NCBI GenBank assembly: GCA_027365725.1 | Contig: DAHXMA010000011.1 | Coordinates: 3,591-67,590 of the forward strand | Direction: 5' to 3' | Length of the DNA: 64,000 bases | Origin: Candidatus Micrarchaeota archaeon | Lineage (GTDB): Archaea > Micrarchaeota > Micrarchaeia > Micrarchaeales > CABMGC01 | In this document: in pieces, positions 53,949 through 63,458 of the stretch | How the letters are laid out: each line of letters opens with the position of its first letter | Position numbering within the stretch: the stretch's first letter is position 1 | Notes under the pieces: model-generated | The model's database searches: none | What the model saw: only the letters and a program-made list of their open reading frames with translations | What the model was told of the DNA's origin: nothing | Position numbers and translations under genes: made by a program

Positions 53949-55163
53949 TTATAGTATTATGCGTATGCGCTTTCCATAATTCGCTTCGAATGCGGCCTCT
54001 ATCTGTCCTTTTAGTTCATTCATCGACTTTGATACGGATAATGACTTTGACTTAAGCGCATCTGCCTCTTGCGCAGCATCGGTGACCTTGCGCTTTGCAG
54101 AGCTTATCAATCCAATCTCATTCTCAAGCGACCGGATTTCAGACTCTGTCTCGCTTTTCTTGGCTTTGAGGGACTTTAGCATCTCTATCGATTCGTAGAT
54201 TCCGGATTCTTCCAGCTCTGATGCTGCAGCTGCAACATATTCGGCGTTCTTCAAGTCTATGCTTCCGGATATAAGGGCCTTTGAAAAGTCAACCATGAGG
54301 GACTTGAATTCAGCATACGCGCTTTCGCTGGACAGTGTATTTATCGGGTCTAACAAAAACCTCGATAGAGGCTTCCTGCCCAGAGTCATGTGGTCGAATT
54401 TCTTCGATGCCCTCTCAAGCGGGGCGGTCAATGAATTTATCTTCTTTGAGGTTTCTGATATCTTGCCGGATATGTCATTTAGCTCCTCCCTTTTTCTTGC
54501 AAGCGATTCGGCGGCAAATGCGTTGGCCTTCTCGAAATTGTCAGCTGGAGCGGTGCCGGGCTTGCCAATTGCGCCGATATCCTTCTCCAAGGATGCAAGC
54601 TCTTGGACGTATGCAGAGAGCTGCGAAATCTTCCGCCCCACATCAAGGTATGCATTGTAGTCTGCGGAGTGGCTGTCCAGCTCTGACTTAAGAGAAGAGG
54701 AGAGGCGGTCTATTTGCGCCATTGTTTTCTTGAAGGCGCCAAGGTGCTTTGAATAGCAGTAGAACGCCTGCTTGAACGTCGCATTTGTCCTAAGGACCCT
54801 TCCTGAAAGCTCAGAGATTGAGGAAAGGATTGCCATGTATCTTTCGTAAGCAACAGGCAGAGGGGAGACGATGAGGCTGCATTCGTCGGCTATCCCCATA
54901 AGCGCGCTTGCATACTGCTGCTTTTGCTTCTTTATCGAATTTATGTTGGGCATCCAGAGGTCTTCAGTATACGGCTCTGCATTGAGTTCCATGAATGATG
55001 TGCATGCGGACCTGAACTCCTGGATTGCTGCGGAGAGGCCGCTTGCAATTGCTGCAGCCCTTGAATCAAGCTTCGACATCTTCTTATCAAAGCATGAATC
55101 CGAAAGTCGCTGCAGGCTGCCTGAGCTTACCTCTTCCACACCACCTCCTTTTCCGAAAAACAT
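53949..55163 (-). CDS. 404-aa alpha-helical/coiled-coil protein, unknown family
   Basis: Long ORF with helical, heptad-like segments (LKSLKAKKSETESEIRSLENEIGLISSAKRK). No family recognised. Confidence 0.5.
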   Translation of the reverse strand: MFFGKGGGVEEVSSGSLQRLSDSCFDKKMSKLDSRAAAIASGLSAAIQEFRSACTSFMELNAEPYTEDLWMPNINSIKKQKQQYASALMGIADECSLIVSPLPVAYERYMAILSSISELSGRVLRTNATFKQAFYCYSKHLGAFKKTMAQIDRLSSSLKSELDSHSADYNAYLDVGRKISQLSAYVQELASLEKDIGAIGKPGTAPADNFEKANAFAAESLARKREELNDISGKISETSKKINSLTAPLERASKKFDHMTLGRKPLSRFLLDPINTLSSESAYAEFKSLMVDFSKALISGSIDLKNAEYVAAAASELEESGIYESIEMLKSLKAKKSETESEIRSLENEIGLISSAKRKVTDAAQEADALKSKSLSVSKSMNELKGQIEAAFEANYGKRIRIIL

Positions 55164-55174
55164 TCATAGACCCA

Positions 55175-55954
55175 TTATGTACCTGTTATTGAAGCTCCTC
55201 CGGGAGGTAGACGCTGCATTATATAGTCTATGTCATCGAATTTAAGCCTTGACGCTATTTCCTTGGCGGCGTCGGACTTCTTCATGTTTCCCGGCTTTAG
55301 AGTCAGGTGCTTTTTTATACCCAGGGCAACGCAGGTTGAAATTGGGACTATGTCCAGCTGCTGCCCCTGCTCAGAGCTGCGCACAAAGGCGCATAGCTCA
55401 AGCGGCACTCCCTTGAACCATTCCCGTTCCCCTGCCAGCAGGAAGCTTCCAGTTCCAAGGGATCCCTTCTCTTTTGATTTTGACACCTGATCCCTCTTGA
55501 GCGCATATGCATTTGCTGAAGCCATTCCGCCTTCCCATGCCCTTGAGAAGCATACGGCAAATTGTGCAGCCTCAAACTTTATCTCGTGCGCTGAGCCTAC
55601 GCCGCCCTTTAGTATCACTACCGAGGCGCCGAATACGTCTGCATGGAAAAAAAGGTCCTGGTTGTCGAAATGCCTTGAATTTAGCTGCTCGTTCTGTATT
55701 GCGCTGCGCCCGCCTATAACAAGCATTGAATTGCTTGTTGTGAACCAATTGAACTTCTCGTACCATTTCCTCTGGGTTATCTCCCTTATAAGCTTCTGCT
55801 TCTTTGGAGCTGCGCTTGCTATTAGGCGCTGTTCCTCCAGCCGCTTTATCGCAGCCCTTGCTCCTTCGGCCTTTCTTTTAAGCTTTTTTGACATGCTGAA
55901 GCAGTAGTCTGCATTCTCCTGCGCGGACTTGGTATAATCTATGTCTATTTCCAT
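55175..55954 (-). CDS. NFACT-R (DUF814) domain protein, corresponding to the C-terminal half of RqcH/NEMF-like factors
   Basis: WYEKFNWFTTSNSMLVIGGRSAIQNEQL...DLFFHADVFGASVVILKGG is the DUF814 signature. ATG 55954 is preceded by GGTGA. There is no NFACT-N region. Confidence 0.65.
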   Translation of the reverse strand: MEIDIDYTKSAQENADYCFSMSKKLKRKAEGARAAIKRLEEQRLIASAAPKKQKLIREITQRKWYEKFNWFTTSNSMLVIGGRSAIQNEQLNSRHFDNQDLFFHADVFGASVVILKGGVGSAHEIKFEAAQFAVCFSRAWEGGMASANAYALKRDQVSKSKEKGSLGTGSFLLAGEREWFKGVPLELCAFVRSSEQGQQLDIVPISTCVALGIKKHLTLKPGNMKKSDAAKEIASRLKFDDIDYIMQRLPPGGASITGT

Positions 55955-55980
55955 CCGTTCACCCTGGATTGCGCCTTTTG

Positions 55981-56184
55981 TCAAGGAGTCGCAAGTATAA
56001 CGTTGTTTATTATAAGGTATATTACGAATCCGAGTATGCCGAGCAGGATTACGCCTACAAGCACCACCTTGAGGGTCCTTTTGAAGGTATCCGTATCGGG
56101 CTTGTAGCTTACGCTCATTACGTGCCTTGAGTCAGAGACGAAGTTCCGCAGCGATCTTATTATGTCCAGCTTCATCTCACTCAT
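55981..56184 (-). CDS. secE: preprotein translocase subunit SecE (Sec61-gamma)
   Basis: About 65 aa with a basic N-terminus, YKPDTDTFKRTLKVVLVGVILLGILGFVIYLI, and a single C-terminal TM. It sits in the conserved position just after ftsZ. Start is ATG 56184 or 56175. Confidence 0.65.
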   Translation of the reverse strand: MSEMKLDIIRSLRNFVSDSRHVMSVSYKPDTDTFKRTLKVVLVGVILLGILGFVIYLIINNVILATP

Positions 56185-57244
56185 CAAAGATCTTGTCCAG
56201 GTCAATATCCTGGTTTTCTGATACCTTTGCCCTTATCCCTTCCTCGGTGTATTCTGGGAACTCTACGCCGCTAAGCACAACCATAACCTTAAGAGAGCTC
56301 TTTTGCATCTTTGGCTCTATCCTTGCACCCCACTTCAAAAGCGCATCCTTGCTTATCCTGCTTGACACGTTCTGGAATATGCTTTCGGCTTCCCTTAAGG
56401 TAAGGTCCTCTCCGCCCACTATGTTTACAAGCGCTTTCTTCGCAGTCGATATGTCTACATCAAGCAGCGGGCTCCTTAGCGTGTTATCTATTGCTATTGT
56501 GGCCCTGTCTGCAGTCTGGCCGGAGTTTGCCTCCCCCATCCCTATCACTGCGTACCCTGAGTCCTTGAGCACGCTGCGCAGGTCTGCAAAATCCAAATTG
56601 ACCATGCCTGGCTTTGTTACCATCTCTATTATTCCCTTTGTTGCATTTGCAAGTATCTCGTCGCTTATCTTGAACGCCATGTTGAGCGGAAGGTCTGGCG
56701 CTACGGTCAGCAGCTTGTCGTTTGGTATTATTATAGTTGTGTCGGTTGACCTGCGCAGCCTTGAAAGCCCTTCAAGAGCGTTCCTCATCCTGGGCCTGCC
56801 TTCGCTTGAAAACGGGAGCGTGACAACGCCAACTGTCAGCGCACCTAGCTCTTTTGATTCGTGGGCGATTATTGGAGCAGATCCTGTACCGGTGCCGCCG
56901 CCCAAGCCGCATGTAACGAACACAAGCTGCGCGTCGCTTAGCAGGTGCCTTATCTCCTCCTTGCTCTCCAGCGCGGATTCCTCGCCTATCTTCGGGTCGC
57001 TGCCTGCGCCAAGCCCCCTGGTAACCTTCTTTCCAAGCAGCACCTTCCTGTGTGATTTTGTATGCGCAAGGTGAGGCGCATCTGTATTCATCGCTATTAC
57101 GGAAGCTCCCTCTATATTGAGCTCCGACATGCGCGTTGCGGTGTTGGATCCGCTGCCTCCCGAACCTACAACATATATCTTTGGCTTTGCCGATTCTATG
57201 AACTTTAGCAGCTCTTCGTCGTCTTGTGATAAAGTGTCAGGCAT
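56177..57244 (-). CDS. ftsZ: cell division GTPase FtsZ
   Basis: GSGGSGSNT, tubulin signature GLGGGTGTGSAPI, and NLDFADL. Confidence 0.9.
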   Translation of the reverse strand: MPDTLSQDDEELLKFIESAKPKIYVVGSGGSGSNTATRMSELNIEGASVIAMNTDAPHLAHTKSHRKVLLGKKVTRGLGAGSDPKIGEESALESKEEIRHLLSDAQLVFVTCGLGGGTGTGSAPIIAHESKELGALTVGVVTLPFSSEGRPRMRNALEGLSRLRRSTDTTIIIPNDKLLTVAPDLPLNMAFKISDEILANATKGIIEMVTKPGMVNLDFADLRSVLKDSGYAVIGMGEANSGQTADRATIAIDNTLRSPLLDVDISTAKKALVNIVGGEDLTLREAESIFQNVSSRISKDALLKWGARIEPKMQKSSLKVMVVLSGVEFPEYTEEGIRAKVSENQDIDLDKIFDE

Positions 57245-57329
57245 ATTTGCATCGCCAGATATATAGTATTAGGGAAGAAATAAAAAGAGTGCTATGCATT
57301 AGGCATAGTACAAAGGTATCGTTTATACG

Positions 57330-58121
57330 ATGGTGCTCATGGATGACATTAGGCTTGTGGCATTTGATGTTGACGGAGTTATAAGGGACGCGTCAAGGCT
57401 GTTTTACGAATGCCACATGAAGGCCGCCCAGGCCGTTGGGCTGCAGGAGGATTTGTCATCAAGCTTTGGGGTCAAGGACATATGGCACTTCAAGGGCCTT
57501 GGGAGGTTCAACAACAAAAGGGAATCCCTCAGCGCAATATACGCAATGGCAAAGGCGGGCAGGCTAAGGGATATAAGGGAATTAATATACAGAAATGACG
57601 CAGAAAAGGAGATATCGGAAGTGATTGCTTCATGCAGCGCGTATGTAGTAAGCGGCGACATTGATAGGATGGTGGACGCGTATGTTGGCGAGGCAACGTC
57701 TAATTACGCACACAGGCTGGTGTCCCTTTATCCTGGCGCGGCGAAGGCGATACGCAGGCTCAAGGATAGCGGTATGCGTATAGCCATAGTCTCGAACTCT
57801 GACATAATGACCATAGAGAGGGATCTGCGCGACCTCTTGCCGGTATTTGACCATGTGGTAAGCTCGAAGGACGTGAAGGAGCTAAAGCCTTCCGGAGAAG
57901 GCCTGCGGCTGGTAGCCGGCGCAAGCGGCATTGAACCTAAACGCATGCTTTACGTGGGGGATACGGTAGTGGATATAAAGGCTGCAAATGACGCAGGGTG
58001 CATGCCAGTGTCTGTGCTCTCGGGAATGGGTTTAAGGCAGCATCTGGAAAGGGAGCGGCCGGCGCGGATTTTTGACGGGATCGCTGATGTGGTCGAGTGG
58101 GTGCTTGGAAGGAAGACCTAG
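57330..58121 (+). CDS. HAD-superfamily hydrolase (phosphoglycolate phosphatase-like)
   Basis: Motif I VAFDVDGVIRD, motif II IVSNS, motif III/IV K....YVGDTVVDIKAANDAG. Confidence 0.7.
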   Translation: MVLMDDIRLVAFDVDGVIRDASRLFYECHMKAAQAVGLQEDLSSSFGVKDIWHFKGLGRFNNKRESLSAIYAMAKAGRLRDIRELIYRNDAEKEISEVIASCSAYVVSGDIDRMVDAYVGEATSNYAHRLVSLYPGAAKAIRRLKDSGMRIAIVSNSDIMTIERDLRDLLPVFDHVVSSKDVKELKPSGEGLRLVAGASGIEPKRMLYVGDTVVDIKAANDAGCMPVSVLSGMGLRQHLERERPARIFDGIADVVEWVLGRKT

Positions 58122-58882
58122 ACAACTGCAAGGTAATTTACAATAAATGCTGCTATGAAACCGGCCAATATGCCAATGTATGTTCGCCAGACAAGCCTGT
58201 CCTGCTCTTTTCTGTCTTCAACCCTTCCCCTGATTATATTTACGTGGAATAAGACAAGCACTACATAAAGTATCGCGGCGCTGGCAAGCGCATCGAAGAT
58301 GATTATCGCTGTGCTTGAAAAAAACACAAGGCCCACGAAAGTGCCGATAAGGGTTGGCAGGCCGCTGAGAAGGAATGCGAATGACACAAAGCGCTTCTTT
58401 ATCCTGTGGCCTGAGGCCAGGAGCGGAGCAACTATAGGGAATCCCTCGGTCATGTTCTGGAACGTGAATCCTATCACAGAGACGGCGTATATTGATAACA
58501 GGCCTGCGGATGCCGCAGACCCGAATAGCAGCCCTTCAGTGAGGTTCTGCAGACCTATACCTATCGCAGATAGGATCGATGTCCTTCTTGGGTTTTCCTC
58601 CGGATCTCTGCTGGCCTTCGGCATCACGAAGAACGCGAAAGCCGCAGCGAATACTATCAGGAATATAAGGACCGGGAGAGATGCCAGTGTGCCGTTGCCG
58701 AAAGCTGCGGAAACGTCACCGTAGATATCCATAAGCAGAAATACGAGTATGCCTATTGCTATTGCATTGAAGAACAGGGTCTTCTTTAGGTCAAGCTTTT
58801 TGTAGAATATAAGCGGCATTGAAAGGAATACGGAAAAACTCATCAGCAGTGCCAGTGCTGTGGTAAGATATATGCTCGTCAT
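58118..58882 (-). CDS. ZIP-family divalent metal transporter (ZupT-like)
   Basis: 8 TM helices, with GLQNLTEGLLFG and FQNMTEGFPIV motifs. Confidence 0.7.
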   Translation of the reverse strand: MTSIYLTTALALLMSFSVFLSMPLIFYKKLDLKKTLFFNAIAIGILVFLLMDIYGDVSAAFGNGTLASLPVLIFLIVFAAAFAFFVMPKASRDPEENPRRTSILSAIGIGLQNLTEGLLFGSAASAGLLSIYAVSVIGFTFQNMTEGFPIVAPLLASGHRIKKRFVSFAFLLSGLPTLIGTFVGLVFFSSTAIIIFDALASAAILYVVLVLFHVNIIRGRVEDRKEQDRLVWRTYIGILAGFIAAFIVNYLAVV

Positions 58883-58971
58883 TTGCCTTCATAGGATAAT
58901 TGTGCGTGCATATTTATATAACTCGGTTATTGCAGCGGGCTTGGAAGAAATCGCAGGCGCGTAGCGTCATA

Positions 58972-60036
58972 TTAAGCCGGCTGTCCAAACAGCTTGAGGA
59001 GGTCTGACTTCTGGTGCCTGAATTTTGATGATATGGGCTGCATTATGCTGCACAGCGCAGATGCGACAGCATTCTTTAGGTCTGCAGGATGCAACTTGCT
59101 TGATGAGAAGCTGCGCGAGAGCTCTTGGTAGGAAGCGTAGCTTACATTGCCCCCGTACTTGCTGCTGCGCTCCACATCCAGCCTGCCATAGATTGGGAAT
59201 ATAACATACCTGCACAGCTCCATTACAGGGTTCCCTTCCACGGCGGCCTCAGGGCACCATGCGGTACGCATTATGGCCCTTATCTCAGCTTCGTCAGCAA
59301 GTATTGGTATTGCAGATCCCTGGCGCGACTTGCTCATCTTCATTGCCGCTACTATCTCCTCCTTCTCTGCGCCTTCGCGCACCTTTGGCTGTTCTGCGAG
59401 GCTTGGCAGGAGATGGTGGTGAATCGGCACTATCTTCTTCATGCCCATGTCTGCAAACACCTCCTTTGCAAGCACATGAATGCGCCTTTGGTCCATTCCG
59501 GCATGGGGTATGTCTACATCTAGCGCGTGTATGTCCGCGGCCTGCATTATTGGGTAGATGTACTGCGAAACGTGCAGCGTTTCGCGCTCGCTGCGGCCCT
59601 GGATCACCAGCGTGCGCGTTGCCCTGGCCATGGTGGTGCGCCGGGCTATCTGAACTACAAGCTTCCAGTAGTCATCATTGCCATGATACAAATCTGAGCC
59701 GAGGACTATCCTGGTATTTGGGCATACGGTATTGAAAAGGGCCTTGTAGAAGTTTGATGCGCGTATTATCCTATCCCAGTCTCCGTCAAGCTTGTTGTTT
59801 GCCACTGTATGCCAGTCCGCAAGCAGCACCTGTGTCTTAACGCCCGCTTTGTCAAGGTCGTTTATCTTCTTGCCCGCTACGAGTATGTGGCCTATGTGTG
59901 GCATGCCGCTTATTTCTATTCCGAGATAGTGCTTTGGGCTGCCGTTGGTCTCTAGCAAAGAACGCATGTCCTGCTCTGTTATAATCTCCTCTAATGGCTC
60001 GGACTTTATAAGCTCAAGCTTTGTCTCAATATCCAT
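58972..60036 (-). CDS. tyrS: tyrosyl-tRNA synthetase (archaeal type)
   Basis: HIGH motif (MPHIGH), YIYPIMQAADIHALDVDIPHAGMDQRRIHVLAKE, KMSKS. Confidence 0.8.
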   Translation of the reverse strand: MDIETKLELIKSEPLEEIITEQDMRSLLETNGSPKHYLGIEISGMPHIGHILVAGKKINDLDKAGVKTQVLLADWHTVANNKLDGDWDRIIRASNFYKALFNTVCPNTRIVLGSDLYHGNDDYWKLVVQIARRTTMARATRTLVIQGRSERETLHVSQYIYPIMQAADIHALDVDIPHAGMDQRRIHVLAKEVFADMGMKKIVPIHHHLLPSLAEQPKVREGAEKEEIVAAMKMSKSRQGSAIPILADEAEIRAIMRTAWCPEAAVEGNPVMELCRYVIFPIYGRLDVERSSKYGGNVSYASYQELSRSFSSSKLHPADLKNAVASALCSIMQPISSKFRHQKSDLLKLFGQPA

Positions 60037-60124
60037 CTAGGCACATTTAAGTATTGCAATGCGCATTTTTAATATTACCTGGGGCAGGGCGCAAGTGACC
60101 TGCCTTCTGCGCAATGGGATTTGG

Positions 60125-60709
60125 ATGGAAAGCATGAGTTTTGAGTACCTTGGCAGGAAATTCGCATATTTCAGTTCAGCAGGTACCAAAGGAAGCATCA
60201 TGCTCATGCACGGATACAGCTTTAACTCGGCAGTGTGGTATGAAATAGGGCTTGTGGATGCGCTTAACAAACTTGGATTCAAAACAGTATGCCTCGACGT
60301 GCCAGGCTATCCGCAAAGCTTGAATAAGCTAGCCATTGATGAAAATGGGCTGGTGGGCTTGCTTGCGAAGATGGCCGGCACGCTTCAAAGGCCCTTGTTT
60401 ATCCTTGGATCCAGCGCAAGCGCGCACACTGCGCTGAAATTTGCGCAGGGAAGGCAAGGGCTTGACGGAGTAATAGCCGTGGCTCCGGTAAGTTTCAGGG
60501 GAATAAAACCAGAAAGCATACGCACAAGGGCGCTTGCAATATGGGGCAGCAATGATGACATATCTCCGCCGTATATTAACGCGGATCAGATGCAAAGGAT
60601 ACCAGGAGCAAGGGTGGAGATAATGGAAGGGGCGGGGCATGCGTGCTACCTGAATAATCCAAAAGCATTTATAAAGTTAATATCAGAGTTCATAAGCGTA
60701 GATAAATGA
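60125..60709 (+). CDS. alpha/beta-fold hydrolase
   Basis: MLMHGYSF (oxyanion region), nucleophile elbow-like LGSSAS, and C-terminal GAGHACYL. The start is either 60059 or 60125. Confidence 0.55.
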   Translation: MESMSFEYLGRKFAYFSSAGTKGSIMLMHGYSFNSAVWYEIGLVDALNKLGFKTVCLDVPGYPQSLNKLAIDENGLVGLLAKMAGTLQRPLFILGSSASAHTALKFAQGRQGLDGVIAVAPVSFRGIKPESIRTRALAIWGSNDDISPPYINADQMQRIPGARVEIMEGAGHACYLNNPKAFIKLISEFISVDK

Positions 60710-61414
60710 TTGGTGGTTTGCATTAAGGCTGTTGTGCTTGCAGGAGGATACGGTAAACGGCTAAGGCCCTTGACGGACACGATCCCTAAGCCGCTTGTTG
60801 AAGTGGCAGGTAAGCCAATAATAGAATGGCAGGTAGAGTGGCTAAAGTCGCACGGCATAACTTCGTTCGTATTCCTAGTGGGCTATCTGAAGGAGAAGGT
60901 CATAGAATATTTCGATTCGCGCATGGGCGAGCTCGGCATAGAGGCAGAATATTCTTACGAGAGCGTACCTCTTGGGACGGGCGGGGCGCTCAAAAACGCG
61001 CAGAAGCTGCTTTCAGGAGAGAAGAGTTTCTTCATGCTGAACGGGGACAACATAACCAACATCGAGATAAGCAAAATGAAGCTCGACGGAAGCATTGCAT
61101 CGATAGCTCTTGTTCCGCTTAGGAGCACATACGGAATAACGCACCTTGAAGGGGACAGGATATCGCGGTTTGACGAAAAGCCCATACTGCCGGAGTACTG
61201 GATGAACTCCGGCATATACCTGATGACGAATGAAATATTCAGGCACCTCCCGGAATCAGGCAACATGGAAAGCACCACATTCGTAGAGCTTTCGGCAAGC
61301 AGGAAGCTGATGGGGCTAAAGTTCCCGAACGCATACTTCAAGGGAGTCGACTCGTTGAAGGACATGGAAGAGGCAACTGCTGACATAAAAGCAGGCAAGG
61401 TATTCGTAAACTGA
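60710..61414 (+). CDS. sugar-1-phosphate nucleotidyltransferase
   Basis: VVLAGGYGKRLRPLTDTIPKPLVEVAGKPII is the NTP-transferase signature. TTG/GTG start immediately after the upstream stop. Confidence 0.8.
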   Translation: MVVCIKAVVLAGGYGKRLRPLTDTIPKPLVEVAGKPIIEWQVEWLKSHGITSFVFLVGYLKEKVIEYFDSRMGELGIEAEYSYESVPLGTGGALKNAQKLLSGEKSFFMLNGDNITNIEISKMKLDGSIASIALVPLRSTYGITHLEGDRISRFDEKPILPEYWMNSGIYLMTNEIFRHLPESGNMESTTFVELSASRKLMGLKFPNAYFKGVDSLKDMEEATADIKAGKVFVN

Positions 61415-61502
61415 GAACCGCCCCTAAAAACCTATCGGATTATTTAATTGCTGTTGCAAATACTTCTATTGTGGTTTTACGAAGGTAAACCTTGCTAGCG
61501 AA

Positions 61503-62867
61503 GTGGACGTCGACGCAGAGGCCATAATGACTGGTAGGGGGTGCATAATGGGCCAGAGCGGCTCAGGGAAGTCGTTCCTTGCCGGCGTGCTGCTGGAGGA
61601 GCTGTGCAGGCTCAAGCTGCCTTTTTGCGTGATAGACACTGAAGGAGAATACAGCGCGCTCAAGGACATAGCTCCGGTAATAGTGGTTGCCGAGGAAGGC
61701 GGAGACATAGGCTTTGGCGTGGATTTCGATGAGCTTTTCCTTAGGAGCATAGACAATGACATACCCGTAGTCATAGACGTCTCTGACACGGAGGACAAGA
61801 AAGGCGCAGTGTACAGGTCGCTTCAAGCGCTTTACTCGGTAGAAAGCCGTATGCGCAGGCCTTATCTGGTTGTCATTGAGGAAGCGGACAAATTTGCGCC
61901 GCAGGTGGTGCGCAAAGACCATAACATTATAGAGGAGCTTAGCGTCAGGGGCAGAAAGGGGGGGGTGGGGCTCCTTGTGGCGACTCAGCGGCCGGCGAAC
62001 ATAAGCAAAAACGTGCTTTCCCAATGCTCGTATGGATTCGTAGGCAAGCTTACTATAGAGAACGACCTTAACGCGATAAGGATACTTTTTGGGAGGAAGC
62101 AGGCGCTGGAGAACATAACAAGGCTGGGCACAGGGGAGTTCGTCTCCTTCGGGCTTGGCATTGAAAACAGTTTCAGGATAAAGGAGAGGGTTACAAAACA
62201 TGCTGGCGCTACCCCTGAGATAGGGGGCGAGGTAAAGCGGGGCAGGATTGAAAGCGTCCTGAAGGACCTTAGGGGCATTGGGAATACCGGCAGCAATCGC
62301 TCAGGCAGGAAAAGCGCGGTAAAATCTCAAAGCGTGCGCGCATTGCATATGGGTTTTGGCCTTGATGACGCAAAAGGCTATGCGCAGAAAATAGCAAAGA
62401 AAAGGTTCTTGCTGTTCGGCAATGCTACCGAGAGGATAGATTCGGTTGAATTGAAATATATGCCGATCGGGCAGTGTTCATTTAGGATTCCTACAAGGCA
62501 CAAGAACGAATACCTTGAATATTATGCATTGTTCGACTTGAAGTACCGCCTTGTAAGGATTGACAATGGAATTCGCACCCTGGATGTTGAGACGGCAGGG
62601 AAAGGGAGGACTGTAAATTACATGCCCTGGCTTAGGAAAGAACCCCTGGATACTGAAGAGGTAAAATTGGTTAAAGAGGACATGATAGAAGGCGCATTGA
62701 GCGAAAGGAAGGCCTTTAGCCTGATACGCAGAAGGTTTCCAGAAGCGATGCCTTCGGGATTTCTACAGGCACTAATGCCCATTTACATAATAACCCTTAA
62801 GAATGGCAATAGGATAAGGGAATTTGTTCTGGACGGACTGTTCGGAAGGCAGGTGAATTTTAAGTGA
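61503..62867 (+). CDS. HerA/FtsK-superfamily P-loop ATPase (DUF87-like) lacking a HAS barrel, with an uncharacterised ~230-aa C-terminal region
   Basis: Walker A GQSGSGKS within 16 aa of the earliest possible start, Walker B LVVIEEADKF, and LLVATQRPANISKNVLSQC. The C-terminal half has no motif I recognise. Confidence 0.65.
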   Translation: MDVDAEAIMTGRGCIMGQSGSGKSFLAGVLLEELCRLKLPFCVIDTEGEYSALKDIAPVIVVAEEGGDIGFGVDFDELFLRSIDNDIPVVIDVSDTEDKKGAVYRSLQALYSVESRMRRPYLVVIEEADKFAPQVVRKDHNIIEELSVRGRKGGVGLLVATQRPANISKNVLSQCSYGFVGKLTIENDLNAIRILFGRKQALENITRLGTGEFVSFGLGIENSFRIKERVTKHAGATPEIGGEVKRGRIESVLKDLRGIGNTGSNRSGRKSAVKSQSVRALHMGFGLDDAKGYAQKIAKKRFLLFGNATERIDSVELKYMPIGQCSFRIPTRHKNEYLEYYALFDLKYRLVRIDNGIRTLDVETAGKGRTVNYMPWLRKEPLDTEEVKLVKEDMIEGALSERKAFSLIRRRFPEAMPSGFLQALMPIYIITLKNGNRIREFVLDGLFGRQVNFK

Positions 62868-62876
62868 TAGCGGGGC

Positions 62877-63149
62877 CTAGCGCTTTCTGTACTCACAGTA
62901 GCATGCGGCCTTTGCGGGCCTGCCTCCGGTAATGCCGGATATCTCTTTGCTGACCGAATCCGCTTCAGACTTTCCCATGGCCGTGGTTGCCTTTACGACA
63001 AATCCATATTCTCCCTCTGTTATAACCACTTCTCTTACCTGTCGTACCTTCATCAGTTTCTTTGCAGCGTCATGCACACTACCTAGCCTATTTGGCTTTA
63101 CAAAAAAGTAATGGTACTCGCTCGCGTTGTTTTTTATTTTGGTGGACAT
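62877..63149 (-). CDS. stand-alone Lrp/AsnC ligand-binding (RAM)-like domain protein
   Basis: 90 aa. YFFVKPNRLGSVHDAAKKLMKVRQVREVVITEGEYGFVVKA fits the AsnC_trans_reg pattern (a.v.v......v...l..i.eV.ev..vtGeyD.iv.v). Confidence 0.45.
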   Translation of the reverse strand: MSTKIKNNASEYHYFFVKPNRLGSVHDAAKKLMKVRQVREVVITEGEYGFVVKATTAMGKSEADSVSKEISGITGGRPAKAACYCEYRKR

Positions 63150-63458
63150 TTATGCACCAGGATTAAGTGGCGGTGTTGGGATGGGAAGGGGATATGCGCT
63201 CTGGAAAGCAGGATGGGATGCGCTGACCAGGATAGAATGCGAATAATAATCTACAAATAATTTATGCTCCATATCCCCAAAACCCATGAGTACTTGTTAT
63301 GCCCATGCTACTATTTATATTTAGGTTTAGATAAATCGCCTGAAGTGGATAAATAGTATAAATTCTATAATAATATCTAATTTTTAAATGAAAATAATAA
63401 AATTTCAATCGTATTTTTATATCTTCTCCAATATATTATATAATATATGGGATAAATT

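Noticed and set aside
56127-57074. 315-aa plus-strand ORF
   Set aside because: Antisense to ftsZ, with Ser/Leu-rich low-complexity sequence.
61563-62201. 212-aa minus-strand ORF
   Set aside because: Antisense to the HerA-like ATPase, which has clear Walker motifs.
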